This document shows, one piece after another, positions 10,146 to 20,859 of a DNA stretch of 64,000 nucleotides; within the stretch, counting starts at the first letter, position 1; the number at the start of each line of letters is the position of its first letter. The stretch covers positions 332,100 through 396,099 of the forward strand of contig NZ_CP020921.1 of assembly GCF_003057965.1 (NCBI RefSeq), in the 5' to 3' direction. The notes below the pieces were generated by a model. The model was not told where the DNA came from. It saw only the letters and a list, made by a program, of their open reading frames with translations, and ran no database searches. Source of the DNA: Thermodesulfobium acidiphilum (lineage in GTDB: Bacteria > Thermodesulfobiota > Thermodesulfobiia > Thermodesulfobiales > Thermodesulfobiaceae). Made by a program: the position numbers and the translations under genes.

Positions 10146-11198
10146 ATGAGAGTTTTAATGAAAGGAACAGAAGCTATGGCTGAGGCTGCAATAAGGGCTG
10201 GATGCTACGCTTATTTTGGATATCCTATTACTCCTCAAACAGAGTTAATACACTATATGTCCAGGAGAATGCCAGAAGTTAAAGGAGTCTTTTTGCAAGC
10301 TGAAAGTGAAGTATCAGTTATAAATATGGTTTATGGAGCTGCGGCTGCAGGAGTGAGGGTTATGACTTCATCTTCCAGTCCCGGAGTTAGTCTGATGCAA
10401 GAAGGTATATCTTATTTAGTAGGAGCTCAACTTCCTGCTGTTTTGATAAACGTGATGAGAGGGGGGCCTGGTCTTGGGAATATCCAGCCTTCTCAGAGTG
10501 ATTATTTTCAGTCTACAAAGGGTGGAGGGCATGGTGATTATAAATTAATTACCTTTGCTCCTTCGTCTGTTTCGGAGGCTGCATCTTTGGTTTATGGCGC
10601 CTTTGATATAGCTGAAAAGTATAGGCATCCGGTGATGATTCTGGCAGATGGAGCGCTTGGGCAGATTATGGAACCGGTAAGTCTTCCAGAGCATGGCTTA
10701 AGTAAACCCTCTGTTAAAAGCTGGGCACTTACAGGAGCCAAAGGTAGGAGCGCAAATAAGGTGCTTTCATTTTACCTTGACCCCAAGACCCTGGAGGAAC
10801 ATAATTTAATTTTGCAGGAAAAATTTAAGAATGTTAATGAGGAAATAAAATTTGAAGAGGATATATTTGATGATATGGATGTTCTAGCAGTAGCTTATGG
10901 CACTGTGGCAAGGATATTAAGAAGTGCTGTTCAGAGGTTAAGAAATGAAGGGAAAAAAATAGGCTTTTTCAGGCCGATTTCTCTTTGGCCGTTTCCTGAA
11001 GATGCCTTGAAGAGTGCGTCCAGGAAGTCAAAACTGGTGTTTGTTAGTGAAATGAGTTATGGTCAGATGCTTGAAGACGTAAGGCGCGTGGTGCCAGATG
11101 ATATTGAAGTAAAGTTTTATGGAAGGGCTGGTGGAGTAGTCCCATCGCCAAATGAGCTTTATCTTAAACTAAAATCCCTTCTGGAAGGGGGCATGTAG
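10146..11198 (+). CDS. vorB: 2-ketoisovalerate:ferredoxin oxidoreductase alpha subunit (VorB-like)
   Basis: FGYPITPQTE, QAESE, TSSSSPG, RGGPGLGNIQPSQSDY, KGGGHGDY. Confidence 0.88.
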   Translation: MRVLMKGTEAMAEAAIRAGCYAYFGYPITPQTELIHYMSRRMPEVKGVFLQAESEVSVINMVYGAAAAGVRVMTSSSSPGVSLMQEGISYLVGAQLPAVLINVMRGGPGLGNIQPSQSDYFQSTKGGGHGDYKLITFAPSSVSEAASLVYGAFDIAEKYRHPVMILADGALGQIMEPVSLPEHGLSKPSVKSWALTGAKGRSANKVLSFYLDPKTLEEHNLILQEKFKNVNEEIKFEEDIFDDMDVLAVAYGTVARILRSAVQRLRNEGKKIGFFRPISLWPFPEDALKSASRKSKLVFVSEMSYGQMLEDVRRVVPDDIEVKFYGRAGGVVPSPNELYLKLKSLLEGGM

Positions 11199-11200
11199 AA

Positions 11201-11950
11201 ATGTCCAATCAAATCCTTGAGAGACCCAGATCTTTAACGGGAAAACAGTTTCACTATTGTCCCGGATGTCACCATGGTATAATTCACAGGTTAATAGCGG
11301 AGACAATTGATGAATTTGACCTAAGAGAGAAGACAATTGTTGTACAACCAGTAGGCTGCGCTGTTTATATTTATGAGTATTTTGATACAGACGTTTCAGA
11401 AGCTGCACATGGCAGGGCTCCTGCTGTAGCAACGGCAATAAAAAGGGTGTCGAAGGACAAATTTGTTCTTACTTATCAAGGGGATGGGGACCTTGCAGCT
11501 ATTGGTACAGCTGAAATAGTTCATGCTGCTGCAAGGGGCGAAAATATATGTGTATTTTTTGTTAACAACGCAATTTACGGGATGACTGGAGGCCAGATGG
11601 CGCCAACTACCTTGCCTGGAATGAAAACTGCTACTACTCCGTTTGGAAGGGATGTAAAAAAACAGGGTTATCCTATAAGGGTTTCTGAAATGCTTGCGCC
11701 TTTTGATGGCGTAGCTTATGTGGAAAGAGTGATGGTATCTTCTTCAAAACACGTTATTAAGGCAAAGAATGCTGTAAGAAAAGCCTTCAAATATCAGCTT
11801 CAAGAAAAGGGCTTTTCTCTGGTAGAATTCTTGAGTGCCTGTCCAACGGGTTGGGGGATGCCACCGGTAGAGGCTGCAAAGTGGGTAGAAGAGAACATGG
11901 CGAAGCAATTTCCGCTGGGAGTTTATAAGGAGGTAGGTCTGGATGACTGA
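11201..11950 (+). CDS. 2-oxoacid:ferredoxin oxidoreductase beta subunit (TPP-binding)
   Basis: HYCPGCHHG, QGDGDLAAIG...NNAIYGMTGGQMAPTT. Confidence 0.92.
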   Translation: MSNQILERPRSLTGKQFHYCPGCHHGIIHRLIAETIDEFDLREKTIVVQPVGCAVYIYEYFDTDVSEAAHGRAPAVATAIKRVSKDKFVLTYQGDGDLAAIGTAEIVHAAARGENICVFFVNNAIYGMTGGQMAPTTLPGMKTATTPFGRDVKKQGYPIRVSEMLAPFDGVAYVERVMVSSSKHVIKAKNAVRKAFKYQLQEKGFSLVEFLSACPTGWGMPPVEAAKWVEENMAKQFPLGVYKEVGLDD

Positions 11951-12485
11951 GGAATTAATCATCGCAGGTTTTGGCGGACAAGGGGTTATGACTATGGGTC
12001 AGGTTCTCGCGTATGCAGGGCTCAATTTCGGTAAAGAAGTAAGCTATCTTCCCAGTTATGGGCCTGAGCAAAGAGGCGGTACTGCAAACTGTATGGTAGT
12101 CATATCTGACGAAGCAGTATCTTCGCCATATATAGATGAACCTACTTCTTTGATTATTATGAATCAGCCTTCGCTTGAGAAATTTTCTCCAATGTTAAAA
12201 GAAAACGGTATATTGATGTATAACGCTTCTTTGATAAAAGAAAAGGTAGTTTCTGATAGGGCTTCGAAGGTAGTTGGGATTGAAATAAACCATCTTGCAA
12301 ACCAGTTGGGGAAGCCTCAGTTAGCAAATATGATTATGCTTGGAGCTTATATAGGAGTGTCAAACATTATGCCTGTAGATAGTATAAAGGAAGTGCTTCC
12401 AAAAGTTTTCTCCAGCAAATATCATCACCTCTTGCCGCTAAATTACCAGGCACTAGATCTTGGAGTGAAAACTGTAAAGGGTTAA
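11943..12485 (+). CDS. 2-oxoacid:ferredoxin oxidoreductase gamma subunit
   Basis: AGFGGQGV, PSYGPEQRGGTANC, ANMIMLGA. Confidence 0.92.
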   Translation: MTEELIIAGFGGQGVMTMGQVLAYAGLNFGKEVSYLPSYGPEQRGGTANCMVVISDEAVSSPYIDEPTSLIIMNQPSLEKFSPMLKENGILMYNASLIKEKVVSDRASKVVGIEINHLANQLGKPQLANMIMLGAYIGVSNIMPVDSIKEVLPKVFSSKYHHLLPLNYQALDLGVKTVKG

Positions 12486-12498
12486 AAATTTTGAGCGG

Positions 12499-13671
12499 CT
12501 AAAAACGTTTATTTTGGCCGCTTCTTTTTTCTATAAGCATTCCTACGTTCAACGTTCTTATAAGCCTTTTTGTAGCAGATTTTAGTAGATTTTCTCCTTT
12601 TAGTATGCACTCTTCCAGCGAGATTGGTCCTGCTGATATGCTTATTATTGCATCAATGCCACTTTCATAAACTGATTCGTAGCCCTCTGAAAGTCCTCCC
12701 GAGATACATATTACTGGTATATTGTACTTTTTAGCTGCTTTTGCAACTCCCACTGGCGCTTTTCCAAAGGCGGTTTGGAAATCTGTATTGCCCTCTCCAG
12801 TTATGACAAGATCTGCATCCTTTACAATGTTGTCAAAATGAGTAATTTCCAGAACTAACTTTACTCCAGGGACAAGGGAAGCTCCGGCAAATAACATTAA
12901 ACCTGCACCAAGTCCTCCTGCTGCTCCCGAACCAGGGACGTCTTTGACGTCTTTTCCTGTTACTTTTCGAGCAATTTTGGCAAAGTTTGAAAGAGCAATG
13001 TCTAACTCCTTTACCATTTCAGGAGTTGCACCTTTTTGTGGGCCGTATACAGCCGATGCCCCTCGAGGTCCGCACAGGGGATTATCAACGTCACATGCTA
13101 CAAGAATCTCAGTATTTTTTATGCGTGGATCTATCTTTGAAATATCTATATTTGATAATTTTTGCAGTGCATATCCCCCTTCTTCTAATTCATTTCCAGA
13201 GATGTCGTAGAATTTTACTCCCAGTGCCTTTGCCATTCCAGCCCCGGCATCGTTTGTAGCGCTACCACCTATGCCAATAACAATTTTTTTACAATTTGCA
13301 TCTAAAGCTGATAATATAAGTTGTCCTGTGCCAAAAGTAGAAGTGATATAAGGATTTCTCTTTTCCCTTGGGAGCAGTGGAAGCCCTGAGGCTGAAGCCA
13401 TCTCGATAATAGCAGTGGTACCATCTCCTAATATCCCCCATTTTGCAACTATTTTTTGGCCTAAAGGATCTAAAACCTCGCTATACATAAACTTTCCATT
13501 CGTAGCAGTTACCAATGCATCGACAGTGCCCTCTCCCCCGTCTGCGATTGGAACTTTAACTATATTTATTTTTGGGTAAAATTCCAGAAAAGCACTTTCA
13601 ATTGCTTTAGAAACTTCAAGTGCGTTAAGACAACCTTTGTATGAGTCAGGAGCAATTACAATTTTATTCAT
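12499..13671 (-). CDS. Glycerate kinase (GlxK/GarK family)
   Basis: IAPDSYKG, ADGGEGT, GIGGSATND, GAAGGLG, ITGEG. Confidence 0.93.
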   Translation of the reverse strand: MNKIVIAPDSYKGCLNALEVSKAIESAFLEFYPKINIVKVPIADGGEGTVDALVTATNGKFMYSEVLDPLGQKIVAKWGILGDGTTAIIEMASASGLPLLPREKRNPYITSTFGTGQLILSALDANCKKIVIGIGGSATNDAGAGMAKALGVKFYDISGNELEEGGYALQKLSNIDISKIDPRIKNTEILVACDVDNPLCGPRGASAVYGPQKGATPEMVKELDIALSNFAKIARKVTGKDVKDVPGSGAAGGLGAGLMLFAGASLVPGVKLVLEITHFDNIVKDADLVITGEGNTDFQTAFGKAPVGVAKAAKKYNIPVICISGGLSEGYESVYESGIDAIISISAGPISLEECILKGENLLKSATKRLIRTLNVGMLIEKRSGQNKRF

Positions 13672-13797
13672 GCTCTATAAAGAGAAAAAAATTCTCTTTC
13701 CTCCCTAATTATAAAGTTTTAATTTTTGTTTAAATAAATCATAACACATGTATTTAACTATGTCCTATTTTGAGTTTGGGTATTTACAGCAGTATTT

Positions 13798-14805
13798 TTG
13801 GTCTGTAGAATAAATTTTATGTTTTTGTGTGCGGATGAATTTATCAGACAGGTTAATTTTTTATCCTTAAAATCAATCCCATTTTTTTTTATTGTGGATT
13901 TTGAGGTAGATGATTTCAAACTTTTTTATGGGGATAGACTTTTCTCAAAAGAGATTTATTTTAATATCAATGACTTTAAGAATTATGAAGAATGCTATCA
14001 AAACAAACGAAGCAACAAGGAAATAGTATTTGAAAGTAAGCCAATTTCTTTGACAGAATACAAGAAAGCTTTTGAATCAGTTCAAAAGTATGAAATAGAT
14101 GGGCACTCATACTTGGTAAATCTAACTTTTCAAACTGAGATTAGTACGAATCTTAGCCTATTTGAAATATTTTTGATGAGTAGATCCGCGTTTAAGCTAT
14201 ACGTTGACGATTTATTTACATGTTTCTCGCCTGAGATATTTATTAAAATCAGAGATGGGTTTATATTTGCCTATCCAATGAAGGGGACGATAGATGCAAG
14301 GATGCCAAATGCAAGAAAAATTTTAAAGAGTGATGAAAAGGAGCTTGCAGAACATGCTACGATTGTAGATCTGATCAGAAACGATCTGGGAATGGTTGCT
14401 GACGAAATCAAGGTTAAAAGATTTAGATTCTTTTCAAAAATAAAAACTATTAAAGGAGAAATTTATCAAACCAGTTCTGAAATACGTGGCTATTTAGGAG
14501 ATGACTATAAAAAAAGGTTGGGCAATATAATAGTCTCTTTGCTCCCCGCAGGTTCAATCAGTGGGGCTCCAAAAGAGGCTACTGTGAAAAAGATAAAAGA
14601 AGTAGAAACATATAAAAGAGGGTATTATACAGGAGTTGGAGGATATTTCGATGGTAGTAATTTAGAAAGTTATGTATTAATAAGGTTTATAGAAAAAACA
14701 GAAAATAAGTTGTTTTTTAAGAGTGGCGGTGGAATAACTATATATAGTGACGTTAACAAAGAGTATAAAGAATTGATTGAGAAAATATATGTGCCAATTT
14801 ATTGA
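13798..14805 (+). CDS. pabB: Aminodeoxychorismate synthase component I (short type)
   Basis: FSPEIF, PMKGT, AEHATIVDLIRNDL, LPAGSISGAPK, RGYYTG, KSGGGIT. Confidence 0.88.
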   Translation: MVCRINFMFLCADEFIRQVNFLSLKSIPFFFIVDFEVDDFKLFYGDRLFSKEIYFNINDFKNYEECYQNKRSNKEIVFESKPISLTEYKKAFESVQKYEIDGHSYLVNLTFQTEISTNLSLFEIFLMSRSAFKLYVDDLFTCFSPEIFIKIRDGFIFAYPMKGTIDARMPNARKILKSDEKELAEHATIVDLIRNDLGMVADEIKVKRFRFFSKIKTIKGEIYQTSSEIRGYLGDDYKKRLGNIIVSLLPAGSISGAPKEATVKKIKEVETYKRGYYTGVGGYFDGSNLESYVLIRFIEKTENKLFFKSGGGITIYSDVNKEYKELIEKIYVPIY

Positions 14806-15382
14806 AACAATAAAATTACATAATTCTGATTACTTTAATCTTGAATATCATCAGAGGAGAATTGATATAACACAGAAAAAATTTTTTGGAACTTCTAATA
14901 TAGATCTTAAAAGAACACTGCCTGATCCAGAAGATTTTGGTAGAGGTATTTATAAGTGTAGGATTATTTATGGTGAAAAAGTGGAAAGTATAGACATTAG
15001 CAGGTATAGCGTTAAAAGGCTGGAATCTTTGAGGTTAATATTTTCTAATCAGATAGACTATAGCTATAAATTTTCTGACAGAAGAATCTTTGATAATTTA
15101 AAAAAGTGTTGTAAAGGTTTTGAAGAGATCTTGATAGTTAAAAATAATTTTGTAACTGATACCTCCTATTCTAATATTGCATTTTACAAAAATGGTGTAT
15201 GGTATACGCCTGAAAGCTACTTACTAAATGGGACTAAAAGACAGTTTTATTTAGACAAAGGTATTTTGAAGGAAGCTGAAATTACAGTTGACAAAATTTT
15301 TTTCTTTGAAAAGATTTCTTTGCTAAACTCAATGCTTGATTTAGGAGAGATTTGTATGAATGTGAAAAGCATAACAGTATAG
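14789..15382 (+). CDS. Aminotransferase class IV / 4-amino-4-deoxychorismate lyase-like
   Basis: FIETIK, YHQRR, YSYKF, TDTSYSNI, LLNGTKRQ. Coupled to pabB; start taken at MCQF. Confidence 0.8.
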   Translation: MCQFIETIKLHNSDYFNLEYHQRRIDITQKKFFGTSNIDLKRTLPDPEDFGRGIYKCRIIYGEKVESIDISRYSVKRLESLRLIFSNQIDYSYKFSDRRIFDNLKKCCKGFEEILIVKNNFVTDTSYSNIAFYKNGVWYTPESYLLNGTKRQFYLDKGILKEAEITVDKIFFFEKISLLNSMLDLGEICMNVKSITV

Positions 15383-15481
15383 GCTTTGGCGCATATAGAA
15401 CTGTATTTTGCAGGTTGTTTTTTTAAACTTTTAAATTTGTGTTAAAATGCCTATTATATTCAAAAGATTGTGGGAGAATAG

Positions 15482-16462
15482 ATGCAGCAGATATTACTAA
15501 TTTTATTTTATGTAAATATAGCGATACTGATTTTTTCTAGATTAAAACTTAGACCTTTTCTTTCACTTGCCCTGTTTGCTTGTATCGTGCTTGCTACTAG
15601 AAGCTATCAGGTTCTGCCAATATATTATTTGTTTGATCTAAATTTTTTGCTAGCACTTCTATCCCTGTCCTTTGTGAGAACATGTGTTGAAAATATTGCA
15701 AACGGCAAAGAAAATATTCTCTTTTTTGCTAAAATATTTTTAGATATGGGGGAGTCTGATGGTAAAATAACCAGTTTGTTTTCAAAATGGTTATTTCCTT
15801 TTTCTTCTATTCCTATTCTGTACTTTTTTTGTGTATCTGGGGTGGATTACCTTTCGTATCTTTATTTCTTCTATCCCTTGATGATTGCAAGTTTGATTTT
15901 CTATTTAGTCTACATTTTAAAAGAACATAGATTTGAAGTAATGAAGGCTTTAAAAGAAGGGGAATTCTTGTTTTATATGTTTATTTTTACTACTCTCTCG
16001 ATTACTTACACCTACGTTGATCAAGTGATTGGTGTGGCAGCTCTAATTTTTGTTATTATTGGATTTTTGAGGTTTAAAATTGATATAAATGCTGTGAAAA
16101 TTGATATGTATTCTACAAATAGTGGGGTGTTTTATTTCTTACTTCTTTGTGTACTTCTTGGGTATGTGGCACATTATGGCTATATAGAAATGTTTTCTGA
16201 TTTTGTTATGAATGTGACGGGCGCTTATTATCCATATTTATACATAGCCTTTTCAATTATTTCATTTTTTGTCGGAATTTTTTTTGGAGATTTGTTTTTT
16301 TCTGTATCTACCTATCTTATATTTAAATATATTGGAGAAATGTATTTCTTTGATTTTAGGACAGTTTTAGTTTTTTGTTTTCTATTTTACTTTATAGGGG
16401 ATCTTGTCTATAAAAGATATCTCTATGGAATGAGGTTTATTTGGAAAGAGAAGCTGTTTTAA
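15482..16462 (+). CDS. Hypothetical polytopic membrane protein
   Basis: Long hydrophobic ORF with many TM-like segments; no motif recognised. Confidence 0.6.
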   Translation: MQQILLILFYVNIAILIFSRLKLRPFLSLALFACIVLATRSYQVLPIYYLFDLNFLLALLSLSFVRTCVENIANGKENILFFAKIFLDMGESDGKITSLFSKWLFPFSSIPILYFFCVSGVDYLSYLYFFYPLMIASLIFYLVYILKEHRFEVMKALKEGEFLFYMFIFTTLSITYTYVDQVIGVAALIFVIIGFLRFKIDINAVKIDMYSTNSGVFYFLLLCVLLGYVAHYGYIEMFSDFVMNVTGAYYPYLYIAFSIISFFVGIFFGDLFFSVSTYLIFKYIGEMYFFDFRTVLVFCFLFYFIGDLVYKRYLYGMRFIWKEKLF

Positions 16463-17595
16463 ATTTTCTTCCAATATTCGCTCTTATACTGTTTCTCTCA
16501 AAATTGTCTGGAAATATAAGTGCAAGATTTGGTCAGCCTGCAGTGTTTGGTGAGCTTCTGGCAGGACTTATTTTTGGTCCTTCAATGTTAAATATTGTTC
16601 ATATGAACAATTTTATAGCTTTGTTTTCTGAAATAGGGGTAATATTCTTAATGTTTTTTGCAGGCTTACAGACTGAGTTAAAAGAATTTAGAAGTATTGG
16701 GTGGGCTGCGTTTTCTTCTGCAAGTTTTGGGGTTATACTGCCTCTTGTTGCTGGAACTATTTTTTCTTTATATTCGGGTTTTAAGCTTTCGGAATCAATT
16801 TTTGTAGGGGCGGTTTTGACTGCTACTTCGGTAAGTATTTCTGCACAGACATTGATGGAGCTTGGAAAATTAAGAAGCAAGGTTGGTATGACGATATTGG
16901 GCGCAGCTATCATTGACGATATTTTAGGGATAATTATTTTGTCTTTAGTAATAGCATTTGAACTTGGGAGGGGGAATATTTACTTTTTGCTCTTCAGAAT
17001 TTTTAGCTATTTATTTGTAGCCACACTTTTAGCAAAACTTTTCCTTAAGCGCTATTTAGATTTTTTTTCAAAACTAAAGGTTTCAAGACCCTTGATTGCT
17101 GGTACAATTGTTCTAATAATACTGTATTCCTGGACCGCTGAAGTTTTTGGTTCGCTTGCTGCTATTACAGGATCGTATTTGCTTGGTGTTATGGTTTCTT
17201 TTACAGAGTATAACGAGAGGATTTCTGATAGGATTAGCACACTAGCTTATTCAATTTTTGCGCCTATATTTTTTTTCAGTGTAGGCTTATATGTAGAAAG
17301 AGGTAGTATGGAAATTGGGCTTTACTTTTATGCTTTTGTAATATTTTTGATTGCTATTTTAACGAAGATAATTGGTTGTGGTTTTGGAGCACTTGTTGCG
17401 AGATTTAGCTTTATGGATTCCTTAAGAGTTGGTGTGGGTATGATTTCGAGAGGAGAAGTTGCTATAATAATCGCAACAATTGGCTTAATGAGTGGTGTTC
17501 TTTCGAAGTCGGTTTTTTCTGTGTTAATTGTAGTTGCGATACTTACTACCGTAGTAACTCCTATACTATTAAAGGCTTTCTATAGAACAGGATAA
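16441..17595 (+). CDS. Cation:proton antiporter (CPA2/NapA-like)
   Basis: GQPAVFGELLAG, TATSVSIS, AAIIDDILG, GMISRGEV. Confidence 0.92.
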   Translation: MEREAVLNFLPIFALILFLSKLSGNISARFGQPAVFGELLAGLIFGPSMLNIVHMNNFIALFSEIGVIFLMFFAGLQTELKEFRSIGWAAFSSASFGVILPLVAGTIFSLYSGFKLSESIFVGAVLTATSVSISAQTLMELGKLRSKVGMTILGAAIIDDILGIIILSLVIAFELGRGNIYFLLFRIFSYLFVATLLAKLFLKRYLDFFSKLKVSRPLIAGTIVLIILYSWTAEVFGSLAAITGSYLLGVMVSFTEYNERISDRISTLAYSIFAPIFFFSVGLYVERGSMEIGLYFYAFVIFLIAILTKIIGCGFGALVARFSFMDSLRVGVGMISRGEVAIIIATIGLMSGVLSKSVFSVLIVVAILTTVVTPILLKAFYRTG

Positions 17596-17627
17596 AGTTA
17601 TAATTTATTTAGTAAAACCAAAATAAT

Positions 17628-17969
17628 TTGGAGGTAAAGTTGAGTAAAGTTGCCATGTTTATGGTAGTTGATAATAAAGATTTATTGCCTGACTTCTTAA
17701 AAGTTCTTTCAAGATTTGAAATACTGTACGTCACCCTTTTTGATTGTAGTGGTTCTGGAAGAACAACCCTTCTTTCTGAGGAGTCAGCTTTTCAATCAAT
17801 TGAAAAGATTATGTTTGCAAATGAGATTAAAGAGAAAACATTTTTATTTTTTGTGTCAGATGACTCAAAGCTTGAAGAGATTAAAGATATAGCTGAAAAG
17901 ATTTTTGGTGAGGCAAATAAACCTGATACCTTTTTTGCTTTTGCTACAGATATAAAGTGGATGGCTTAA
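17628..17969 (+). CDS. Small hypothetical protein, possibly PII-like fold
   Basis: Size, a GSGR turn and its position downstream of a CPA2 antiporter. Confidence 0.45.
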   Translation: MEVKLSKVAMFMVVDNKDLLPDFLKVLSRFEILYVTLFDCSGSGRTTLLSEESAFQSIEKIMFANEIKEKTFLFFVSDDSKLEEIKDIAEKIFGEANKPDTFFAFATDIKWMA

Positions 17970-17972
17970 ATT

Positions 17973-18587
17973 TTGGAAAAGCGTTTTTGTAGTTCTGGAA
18001 TTTCTGATCTGATTAGAAGCTATAAAATTGGCATAGTTCCTACAGATACTCTTTTTGCTCTGACTGGGGATGCAAGATCTGAAGAGGTTGCTTCGCGCAT
18101 CTTTGATGTGAAAAGAAGATTGCCAGATAAAAGTTTTCCAATCTTTATTCCCTCCCTGACCTGGTTGCTTGAAAAGGGTAATTTTAAATATGTTGATATA
18201 GAAACGTTTTTAAGGCTTTCTACTATTTTTTGGCCTGGTCCTTTGACCATAGTATCAAGAATTGTTTTTAACTTTAATCTTTCTGAAAAAGTTATACTTG
18301 ACGGCTTTCTAGCCTTAAGAGTGGTCTCTCATCCAGTAATAACAAAAATTTTTGAAGATATAAATTTTCCTATTATAGGGACAAGTGCGAATATTAGTGG
18401 TAAAATCGATCCATTATTACCAAATGAGTTTGATAAAACGCTGTTAAAGAGAATAGACTTTTTTGCAAAGGGAGAACTTATCTACTATGCTCCTTCTACA
18501 GTAATAAAGTTAGACAACAAGGTTGAGATTTTAAGAGAAGGGGTTATAAAAAAGCGTGTTTTAGAGAGAGTTCTTTCGAAGAAATAA
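17973..18587 (+). CDS. L-threonylcarbamoyladenylate synthase (TsaC/YrdC)
   Basis: PTDTLFAL, KRR, FWPGPLT, TSANISG, PSTVI. Confidence 0.88.
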   Translation: MEKRFCSSGISDLIRSYKIGIVPTDTLFALTGDARSEEVASRIFDVKRRLPDKSFPIFIPSLTWLLEKGNFKYVDIETFLRLSTIFWPGPLTIVSRIVFNFNLSEKVILDGFLALRVVSHPVITKIFEDINFPIIGTSANISGKIDPLLPNEFDKTLLKRIDFFAKGELIYYAPSTVIKLDNKVEILREGVIKKRVLERVLSKK

Positions 18588-18609
18588 TTTTTAATGGGAG
18601 GTTGTTGAG

Positions 18610-19860
18610 TTGCTTAATTTTTTAAGGATGACAGATGAAGAAGTCTTTAAAGCAGTAATGTGTGAGCTGGGAAGGCAAAGGAACGGTTTAGAGTTAATTG
18701 CTTCAGAGAACTTTACTTCAATTGCAGTGCTTGAGGCTATGGGTACTGTTTTGACAAACAAATATGCTGAGGGTCTTCCAGGAAAAAGATATTATGGCGG
18801 TTGTGAGTGTGTGGATATTGTTGAGGATCTCGCAAGGGAAAGAGTTAAGAAACTCTTTGGCGCACAGCATGCAAACGTTCAACCTCATTCTGGAACTCAG
18901 GCAAACCTTGCGGTATATTTTGCACTTTTAAATCCTGGAGATACATATATGGGTATGAGGCTCGATCAGGGTGGGCACCTTTCCCACGGGAGTCAGGTAA
19001 CAGTTTCTGGAAAGTGGTTTAACGTAGTTCACTATGGTGTAAGGGAGGATACTGAGACTATTGATTATGACGAGGTTTTGGACCTTGCAAAGAAAAGCAA
19101 GCCCAAACTTATTGTTGCAGGTGCAAGCGCCTATCCTCGTATTATTGATTTTGAAAAATTCTCCTATATAGCAAAAGAAGTAGGAGCTTTCCTTATGGTT
19201 GATATGGCACACATTGCAGGACTGATTGCAACAGGCTTTCACCCTTCTCCAGTACCATATGCAGATGTGGTGACGTCTACAACCCACAAGACATTAAGAG
19301 GGCCCAGATCAGGTTTTATTCTTTGTAAAGAAGAACTTAAAGATAAAATTGATAAATCAGTTTTTCCAGGGAATCAAGGAGGCCCTTTGATGCACATAAT
19401 AGCTGCTAAGGCTGTGGCTTTCAAAGAAGCTATGACTCCAGAATTTAAAAAATATGGCGAACAAATAGTAAAAAATGCTAAGGCTTTGGCTGAGACTCTT
19501 AATTCAAGAGGGTTGAGATTGGTAAGTGGGGGAACAGACAACCATCTAATATTAATTGACATGAGGGCTTCGAATATTTCTGGAAAGGATGCTGAAGCGC
19601 TCTTTGCAAGAATTGGTATTACTGTGAACAAAAACAGCATACCTTTTGATCCCGAACCTCCATGGAAGGCAAGTGGAATTAGAATTGGCACGCCAGCTTT
19701 GACTACTAGAGGGATGAAAGAGGCCGAAATGGTAGAAATTGGCAATATAATGTCCGATGCTTTGGATTTTAGAGGTGATGAGAAAAAAATAGACGAGCTT
19801 AAGAAGAGGGTGAGTGAACTTTGTCTAAAATTCCCACTTTATCCGGAGCTTGACAGATGA
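18610..19860 (+). CDS. glyA: Serine hydroxymethyltransferase
   Basis: [38 protein letters not shown]. Confidence 0.98.
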   Translation: MLNFLRMTDEEVFKAVMCELGRQRNGLELIASENFTSIAVLEAMGTVLTNKYAEGLPGKRYYGGCECVDIVEDLARERVKKLFGAQHANVQPHSGTQANLAVYFALLNPGDTYMGMRLDQGGHLSHGSQVTVSGKWFNVVHYGVREDTETIDYDEVLDLAKKSKPKLIVAGASAYPRIIDFEKFSYIAKEVGAFLMVDMAHIAGLIATGFHPSPVPYADVVTSTTHKTLRGPRSGFILCKEELKDKIDKSVFPGNQGGPLMHIIAAKAVAFKEAMTPEFKKYGEQIVKNAKALAETLNSRGLRLVSGGTDNHLILIDMRASNISGKDAEALFARIGITVNKNSIPFDPEPPWKASGIRIGTPALTTRGMKEAEMVEIGNIMSDALDFRGDEKKIDELKKRVSELCLKFPLYPELDR

Positions 19861-20411
19861 GTGAACGCAATAGAAATATTGAACTATTAAAGAAATATCT
19901 TAAAAAGGATTATATGATAAAGCACTCCATTGCGGTTGAAGCTGTAATGGAGGCTATTGCCATAGAATTTGATAAGGATGCAAATCTGTATGCAACTGCA
20001 GGTCTAATGCACGATATTGACTACGAGATTACACAAAATGATCCAGAAAATCATGCAATAGTTGGTGCAAAAATATTAAGAGAAAACGGATTTGACGAAG
20101 AAGTTTGCAAAATAGTTCAAGCTCACAGGAAAAGTAGGATTGAGGATATAGAATCGTTTGATGAAGCAGCCATCGTTTGTTCGGATGCAATAAGCGGCCT
20201 TGTGGTTGCTAGCGCCCTGATACACCCAGATAAGAAACTAAGTTCTATTGACGCTGAGTTTATTTGTAGGAGATTTTATGAGAAAGGTTTTGCAAAGGGT
20301 GCAAATAGAGAGAAAATATTAATTTGTAAATATCTACCTCTTGAATTGGAACAATTTGCACAATTAGCACATTCTGGAATGCTAAAGCATTCAGAAGAAT
20401 TGGGGTTATAA
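19857..20411 (+). CDS. HD/HDIG-domain metal-dependent phosphohydrolase
   Basis: [26 protein letters not shown]. Confidence 0.85.
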   Translation: MSERNRNIELLKKYLKKDYMIKHSIAVEAVMEAIAIEFDKDANLYATAGLMHDIDYEITQNDPENHAIVGAKILRENGFDEEVCKIVQAHRKSRIEDIESFDEAAIVCSDAISGLVVASALIHPDKKLSSIDAEFICRRFYEKGFAKGANREKILICKYLPLELEQFAQLAHSGMLKHSEELGL

Positions 20412-20433
20412 AAAGGGCAGGATAACCTGCCCT
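20410..20433. terminator. Terminator hairpin between convergent genes
   Basis: AGGGCAGG-ATAA-CCTGCCCT with an A-tract on the left. Confidence 0.75.
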
Positions 20434-20438
20434 GAAAT

Positions 20439-20651
20439 TTATTTTGAGACCTTCTTACTTATGACTTTGTTTAATTCTTCTACCAGAGCATCTGCGTTTA
20501 TTCCATGGCCATTTGCTCCCTGTTCAACTGTTTCATATTTAGCAACAGCACATCCTATACAACCTAAACCAAACGACATAAAAACCGGGATAGTTTCGGG
20601 AAATTCTTTTACGACCTGTAAAAGATTAGAATCTTTTGTTATCTGATCCAA
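20439..20651 (-). CDS. DUF1858 domain (hybrid-cluster-associated redox disulfide) protein
   Basis: FPETIPVF, GLGCIGC, ETVEQGA..HG. Confidence 0.85.
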   Translation of the reverse strand: MDQITKDSNLLQVVKEFPETIPVFMSFGLGCIGCAVAKYETVEQGANGHGINADALVEELNKVISKKVSK

Positions 20652-20859
20652 GATAATTCCTCCTTAAAAATTTAATTGGTTGCTAATTATTATAGCATAT
20701 AAATATACTATTTGATGAAGAAGCACTATCAAAGAATACTAAATTATTCTTTGCTTTGATAATCGCTTATATGATATAAATAAAAATATAAAATTTAAAA
20801 AATTATCTTTATATGATAAAATCTAACTATTTTAGCAAAGGGTTCAAAGCCAAGAAAGG

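Noticed and set aside
20655-20859. SAM riboswitch upstream of metF
   Set aside because: AT-rich, with no S-box core elements recognisable.
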